DNA of 64,000 nucleotides from Gracilinanus agilis (lineage: Eukaryota): positions 323,977,008-324,041,007 of the forward strand of contig NC_058131.1 of assembly GCF_016433145.1 (NCBI RefSeq). Reading direction: 5' to 3'. Position numbers and translations under genes: made by a program. Under the pieces are notes generated by a model that was not told the origin of the DNA, did no database searches, and saw only the letters and a program-made list of their open reading frames with translations. Below are positions 61,781 through 64,000 of this stretch, in pieces; position 1 is the first letter of the stretch, and each line of letters begins with the position of its first letter.

Positions 61781-63444
61781 CCATGGGAATTAGTGGGTTC
61801 TCTTTTGCTTGAAAGGTGAAGTCTGGATAATTACTTATCAGAAGTGATAGAGATTCTTTATCAAGTTTTGTTTGGGCAAGATGGAATACCTTCCAGCTAT
61901 TCTGTGAATAAAAAAGCCCAAAGGAAAAAAGATGAGACATTTCTTGGCAATGGTTATCTTCGGGGATAGTTTTGTATTAATACAGGCGATTAGGTTCCAT
62001 TGACTTGCTCTGGAGTATAAGAGGACAGAAGTCAAAAGACTTTCTAAATTAAATGAAGACTTCCAGACATAACTTTATTTTTTTGTAGTTTCTTATCATT
62101 TGTGTTGAAACCCTGTTAAGAAACCATCAATCCTGTTCTGCCTCTCCCACAGGAATTTTTTATCTAGTGGTATGATCAGTCCCTTCCTTCACAGAACAAC
62201 AAAAACAAAAATGAAAGTGCTTCCCACCATGTTGAAAATACAAAGCAATAACACTTGGAGTATAAGATCAGAGAACCCTAATCAAACTTCCATTCACCAG
62301 AAAACAAGAAGATGGAACCCTCGGTCTAAAACAAAATGCCCTGAACAATGGGAGTCTCAGCAGCTATGGATCTGAGCCAACATTTAAAGTCTAGAATTTT
62401 TGACAGTCCTCTTGTTTGAAGTATTCATTTCTGCTTTAGCCTTGTGTATAAAGCACAGGTGTCTGCTTTCACAGCTCATGAATAATGTTTCACATAGAGC
62501 TTATGGTTAAAATCTGGAGACCTCTTCAGAGGAAAGATGGTCTCCTCCCCTTGTATGGAATAGTTCAGTACTTGTCAAATACTTGACTGTTGGATAATGT
62601 GCAGGAGAGGTAAGGTACATGTGTGTATGCACGTATGTAATACATGTGAACATGTGACGATCATAGATTTAAAGCTGGAAGAAACCTTACGAGTCATTTA
62701 GTTCAATCTTTTTAGTTTATAGATATGGAAACAATCTCCAAGGTCACATAGTAATTAATTAGCAGAGCTGGAATTTGAATTCAAATTCTCCAACTCAAAA
62801 TCTTGTGCTTTTTTCATAGTGCCAATACATCACAACATATACACACACATATATATAAACTCATTAATTTTTATTACACTCATTAGGAAATTGTAGAAGC
62901 TAAGCTTATCTGAGAGGTTCGGTTTGAAAAAAAAATCCTTTTTCAAGAAATGAATAATGTAAGTACATTTCAGCGAGATAATGTCTAATCATTTTAGGAA
63001 ACCTTTTTTTAAGCTCTCAACACCTTTTAGGTTACAAATATGGAGTGTATTAGAATCATAGGCACAGGGATCACAGCTCAAAGTTAAATTTGGAGATGAC
63101 CAAAGGGGTGATAGAGTCAACCCAATTTTTTTAATAGATGAGGAATTTACAGAAATTAGTTGCAAAAGTCCATTTTCTGTTTTTTTAAGGTAGCTATGGT
63201 AGGACATAACAATTTATTGTATATTCTTATGTAATAGCCCTGGTATCTGATGTCATCAAATGGATTAACAGGAGCCCTTAGTATGCCGAGGGACCTCAAC
63301 AATCCTTAAAGCTAATAGCAACAGGAAGCCTGTACTGTTTTTTGAGAATAGTTATTTTGGCCAAAGGGGGAGCAACTCCATTCCCCCATCCCGCTCTACT
63401 CCCATCATATTGGTAGTTTGTCTTTTTTTTTTTTGGATAAATTT

Positions 63445-63644
63445 TTTTTTAAACCCTTACCTTCCATCTTAGAATCAGTATTATGTATTGGTTCCAAGAA
63501 AGAAGAGCAGTAAGGTCTCGGCAATGGAGATTAAGTGACTTGCTCAGGGTCACACAGCTAGGAAGTGTCTGATGCCAGATTTGAACCTAGGACCTCTCAT
63601 CTCTAGGCTTGATTCTCTATCCACCAAGCCACCCAGCTGCCCAC
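63445..63644 (-). mobile_element. SINE1_Mdo-type SINE
   Basis: Reverse-complement body with hairpin tail. Confidence 0.82.
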
Positions 63645-64000
63645 AATAAATGTTTTGATAAATGGTTCAATAAAAAGATGAGAGGGAGGAAGAGGAAGAA
63701 GAAGATGGTTCAGTCGTATGCATATGGGAGTTAGACTGATTAGGAAGCTATTGTGATAGTTCCACTAAGGGCTCTGGGCTTATGCTTTGACAAGCTTGAA
63801 GTCAGTCTTGAGGGAGGACCTCTTTTTTTAAAAGTTTTTTTTTTTAATTTTTAAAAAATGTCCCCAATTAAATATTAAAATTTTTAGCATCATTTAAAAA
63901 AAAATTTGAGTTCCGAATTCTTTCCCTCTCTCTCTTCCACCTTCCATAGTTCTCCCACCCTTGTCCTTGAATCTCCTTGAAGGAGAAAACAGCTAAGGAG

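Noticed and set aside
62150-62395. Acceptor-like ctctcccacag followed by a 67-aa ORF
   Set aside because: No recognisable homology or partner exons; other frames are closed
10635-63644. Many near-identical ~200-bp units with tRNA-like A/B boxes (CRISPR array or tRNA genes?)
   Set aside because: Dispersed, both orientations, TSDs and A-tails: retroposed SINEs; no cloverleaf or regular spacers
46135-64000. A further gene (e.g. MEGF9 by synteny) after FBXW2
   Set aside because: No CpG island or recognisable exon in this interval; any such gene lies beyond the window

Overview
Eukaryotic (marsupial) genomic DNA. The young tRNA/CORE SINEs match SINE1_Mdo-type and MAR1 elements, so the source is most likely the opossum Monodelphis domestica. 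Three protein-coding genes lie in the conserved mammalian order. (1) PSMD5 (+): 10 coding exons, 719-15111, summing to 1515 nt = 504 aa. (2) B3GALT9 (-): 2 coding exons, 19335-17373, 1110 nt = 369 aa; convergent with PSMD5 and head-to-head with FBXW2 on a shared CpG island. (3) FBXW2 (+): 6 coding exons ending at 46134; its start codon and about 54 codons are hidden in an N-gap, and the inferred length is 454 aa. The rest is intronic or intergenic DNA dense in SINEs, L1, L2, L3/CR1, a solo ERV LTR, hAT MITEs, microsatellites and a 7SL-derived retrocopy. I found no unexplained protein-coding system. The best second-look items are: a ~63-nt stem-loop in the SINE 3' tail that shows compensatory changes, arm homogenisation, a micro-inversion and loss in the youngest copies; a strong-Kozak uORF in FBXW2; an inverted SINE pair around the FBXW2 F-box exon (possible circRNA); loss of the DxD motif in B3GALT9; an in-frame internal donor in an FBXW2 WD40 exon; and several local templated duplications. 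Exon boundaries were hand-counted; most repeat boundaries are approximate; family names come from recall, not a database search.
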